DNA of 64,000 nt from Anthoceros angustus (taxonomy: Eukaryota > Plantae > Anthocerotophyta). Below, piece by piece: positions 60,220-64,000 of this stretch (position 1 is its first letter; each line of letters opens with the position of its first letter). The DNA lies in NCBI GenBank assembly GCA_010909165.1, contig MU008187.1:190247-254246 (forward strand), written 5' to 3'. The notes below the pieces were generated by a model. It made no database searches, was not told where the DNA came from, and was given only the letters and a program-made list of their open reading frames with translations. A program made the translations under genes and the position numbers.

Positions 60220-61929
60220 ATGTTTGTCGCGACCTGCTGCGCCGCCTGCTGCGCTTCCTGCGCCTGCGCGGGGATCCGGGGCGTAGCCGAGGGGATCTCG
60301 AGGCGGTCGGCCCGCCTTGCCTACTGCGGGCTCTTCACGCTCTCGCTGATCCTGGCGTGGCTGGTTCGGGACTTTGCAGGGCCGCTGCTGCACAAGATTC
60401 CATGTGGGTGTGTGAATTTCGCTGCTGTTCGTGCTTTGCAAGCGCAATTCTTGAAGGAACGGTTTGTGGGTGGTGCAGGGATCAATGTCTTCACCGACAC
60501 GCCCAGCGACGAGTGGTTTGCGACGCAGGCGGTGCTGCGCGTGAGCTTGGGAAACTGCCTCTTCTTCTTGACTTTCGGTGTGTTGATGATCGGCGTGCAC
60601 TTCCAGAATGACTTCAGAGATCCGATCCACCACGGGGGTTGGATGTTTAAATTCGTCGTCTGGTTTCTCACGATGCTGCTCATGTTCTTCCTGCCCAATG
60701 GCGTTGTGGACGCATACGGTATGCAGAATGCGGCAGCTTTGTTGTTTTGGGCGCTGTGTTTAGGAGCTCGCTTAAGAGGTTGATGAATAAAAGGTGAACT
60801 TTTTGCAGGAACGGTGTCGAGATTCGGATCTGGGTTGTTCCTCTTAGTGCAAGTGCTCATCCTGCTGGACTTCACCTACAATTGGAACGCGGCGTGGGTC
60901 GCAGAGGATGAGCGATTATGGTAACTGTGTTTAGCCTTTGAGTACATACATACTGTGGGTTTCCGGATTTGTGGCAAGCATGTATGTAAGCTGGAATTTG
61001 TGCTTCTGCATTCAGGTATGGTGCGCTGCTGGCAGTGTCTCTGCTGTGCTACGCTGCCAGTTTTGTGCTGTCGGGTTTCCTGTTCTTCTGGTTCAATCCC
61101 GCTGGCCAGGACTGCCAGCTGAACATCTTTTTCATCGTTTGCACTCTTGTGTTTGGGCTGGCCTTTTGTGTGGTCTCTCAGTTACCCATGGTATCTCCAC
61201 CACTCTGGCAGTGTATGGTGCTGACTGCTGCTCACCACATGGCTGATGCATTTCTGATGATCACATTTCTGTGCCCTGAAACTGTAACAGGTGAATGGCA
61301 GCCTTCTGCCAGCTTCCGTGATTGGTCTCTACTGCACCTATCTCTGTTACAGTGCCCTGTCCAGCGAGCCTCAGGACTATGCCTGCAATGGGCTCCATAA
61401 GCATGTGGGAGCAGTGTCTACAGGAACTCTGGTGATGGGGATGATCACCACTCTCCTTTCACTTGTCTACTCTGCTGTGCGGGCGGGATCTTCCACCACC
61501 TTTCTGTCTCCACCTTCGTCACCAAGGGGTTAGTCACCTTCGCACATGTGCGTATTCGAGCTGCCTGCCAACGTTCAGGAATGGGTCTTACCTCTGAGCT
61601 GTGAATGGTGTGTGGCTGTTTCAGCTCCCCGCAAGCCATTGCTGTTCTCAAAGGAGGAGGACGACGATGTGGAGGAGGGGAAAAGAAGCGAGGAGGCACG
61701 TCCTGTCACCTACAATTACTCCTTCTTCTACCTCATCTTTGCACTGGCAAGCATGTACTCAGCCATGCTTCTCACCGGCTGGGGCAATGCTGCCGCATCA
61801 GAGGAGGACATCATCGACGTAGGATGGCCATCAGTCTGGGTGCGAATCTGCACAATATGGATCACCGCTGGGCTCTACGTCTGGTCCCTGGTCGCTCCAG
61901 CCATCTTCCCAGACAGAGATTTCTCCTGA
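60220..61929 (+). CDS. SERINC: Serine incorporator (SERINC/TMS membrane protein), multi-exon
   Basis: Cys-rich N-terminus, SRRSARLAYCGLF, QAVLRVSLGNCLFF, DFRDPIHHGGW..KF, GSLLPASVIGLYCTYLCYSALSSEP, YNYSFFYLIFALASMYSAMLLTGW, GWPSVWVRI and LYVWSLVAPAIFPDRDFS*. Confidence 0.95.
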
Positions 61930-62454
61930 AGGCCTCTCCCTCTCTCTTGCTGCACATGGACATACAGTACCCAGGGAAGAGCCCACGCAGTTTTGGGATA
62001 GCCACTGCGGGTGAAGAGTGTACATATCTGACTGCCCTCTTCTGTGTAGATTTCAGCGAACAAACTCTCCTGTAAAAGCGAGTCTGTCGTTTTGCACTGT
62101 TCCCAGTTTCACCCCAAGACATCACAACTGCTCCCATGAATAATACCTTTCATAGCTGGCCCCCGGGATGACATCACAACCTTCCACCGCAGAGTACTCC
62201 ACACAGAATCCGATCCCCCGTCGCTTAAACCTCATCAGAAAATTAAAGCGCCTGCTCACCGTAACGCGCGTGTGGTTGCAAACCCCGAGGCGCCATGCGG
62301 CCGGCAGGCCGCTCTCCTTTCCCGGCGACCAACTCGCCGGCAGCTGGTTCAACTTACCTTTCATAGTTCTCAATGGTAATGTCCTGCTCAACGGCTACGG
62401 GTTGGGGGTCTAGGGTTTTCGCTCCGTCGACTTATCAATACGCACGCAAGGGGT

Positions 62455-62590
62455 GTATGAGGGAAAGCACATAAGGGAAAGCACACAAGGGAAAGCACAT
62501 AAGGGAAAGCGCATATAATACAACAAGGGAAAGTGCACATAATACAGCAAAGGGAAGCGCACACGATACGCATAGAAGGGAAAAGCACAC
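62455..62590. repeat. ~14-bp minisatellite AAGGGAAAGCACA(C/T)
   Basis: About 7 degenerate copies. Confidence 0.75.
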
Positions 62591-62992
62591 ACTCCCTCGT
62601 CCGGGCACACTAAGGGAAACCGTTGGAAACAAAACCCAGCACTTGGGTAAGGCATTCGATTAAGCAGCAATCTTCAAACCTCTTAGGTCTACACCAAACA
62701 TTGTTAGCATCTCTCAAGCATGTGGGCTCTCACCTTGTCGTGTTTCCATTTTCCTTCAGGCTCCCAAAAAGTTCGATTTGCTTACTTGACTTATCTCCCA
62801 TAAAGTTCATTTTTGCTTAGTAGAGTTATCTCCTACAACCTCGTTCATCGAAAGTGGGTTCTAACCAAGCCTTTTCTAGAGCTTCCATCCCATCCAATCT
62901 TAAAAGAACACCGTCTGCAAGACCTTGTGTATGCGAGAGAAGCCATGGAACCCTCTGTCCCCAGTAGGGATTGAACATTTCCATGCTACGAG

Positions 62993-63184
62993 TGAACAGA
63001 GTCACATCTCGTTCACCAAACTCATGTCCTCAGCAGCCAATTTAATAACACCACTCTGAACAGAGTCACATCTCGTTCACCAAACTCATGTCCTCAGCAG
63101 CCAATTTAATAACACCACTCTGAACAGAGTCACATCTCGTTCACCAAACTCATGTCCTCAGCAGCCAATTTAATAACACCACTC
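62993..63184. repeat. 64-bp tandem repeat x3, essentially identical copies
   Basis: Units start at 62993, 63057 and 63121. Confidence 0.95.
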
Positions 63185-63189
63185 TTGTT

Positions 63190-64000
63190 CATGATTGTCG
63201 TGACCAGCCAAATTGTGGCATCCCACTTGTTGCAGAACTTGACGTGTTCCTTTGTTTTGTGATGGCTCATAAGACTTACTATGCCTCATGACAAGCTTGT
63301 AAAGTGACATGAGCACCTTCACTTTGGTGCTTGCATGTATGCCCTTGGGTTGCTCAAGAGCATGTACAAGATGCCCAGCTGCCGTCGATATTAGAAACAG
63401 CATAAACGCATCTTTGATTATTCTTGCCTGCAAGAACATAAGCATTTTTATGTGTTGCAGTTAGGAGAGCCAAAGACATGTCTGGGATTCTTCGTAGCCT
63501 TGGCCACCGCATGCTCCACCATGCGTTCATGTTTGTTGTTCCAAACCAAGCCATGTTCCTTAGTACACTGCTGTTGATACCAAAAGTGGACATATGTGAT
63601 GTCCACTTTTGGTATCAACCACACCCAAAACTATTTTGTGAACGAAGCTCGATTATGAGATGAAGGTGGTAGGCTTCAATAGAGCTGTTGCAGTCTTGGC
63701 TTGCATGAGGCACTGTGCACATGGTTTTGAGCCGCGTATGGATGATGTGTCTCCACTGCTGTTTAAAGTACCTGATGAAAGTGAGAAAGATAGGCGTATG
63801 TTGGGCATTCAAAGCTTTAAATTTGATCCATGTCGCTTCCTCTTGAAAATATGTGATGACTCTCTTATAGGACATGATGTTACCAAGGTTTTGCATGAGG
63901 TCAGCTCTTGCATGTCCATTCTTGACTTTTTGCAGCAAGTTCCGTAACCAGGCATACCTTACATGCCATAAACATAAGCCCAACTTATTCTCACCAAATA
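63190..64000 (-). mobile_element. Degenerate MULE/Mutator-type transposase with SWIM zinc finger, truncated by the window end
   Basis: LCLWHVRYAW, YFKQQW, NSSIEAYH and ASCTC...G.TCKH, with stops and frameshifts. Confidence 0.7.

Overview
Eukaryotic nuclear DNA, most likely from a non-seed land plant. This is an inference from short GT-AG introns, about 50% GC, PLS-type PPR remnants and plant-type tRNAs. Recognisable genes: a CCD-like carotenoid cleavage dioxygenase, two inverted paralogs of a WD40 protein, a COA3-like small protein, a conserved plant protein of unknown function, WDR82, AHA1, LPA3, an unusual GT8+GT64 glycosyltransferase fusion head-to-head with SERINC, tRNA-Leu(TAG) and five tRNA-Asp(GTC) copies, only one of them canonical. 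The 1-10.7 kb region is decayed transposon and gene-fragment mosaic, and there are LINE and MULE remnants at 53-54 kb and 63-64 kb. About 18-45 kb is an old inverted duplication. Its centre (21.6-39.8 kb) was expanded by about 12.7 kb through a chain of strand-switching junctions, each with 7-12 bp microhomology. The reverse-strand pieces step back along the template in strict order. That is either in vivo serial template switching or an amplification/assembly chimera. Repeat copies differ mostly by 1-2 nt indels, so some frameshifts in this window may be sequencing error. All family assignments come from recalled motifs; no database searches were run.
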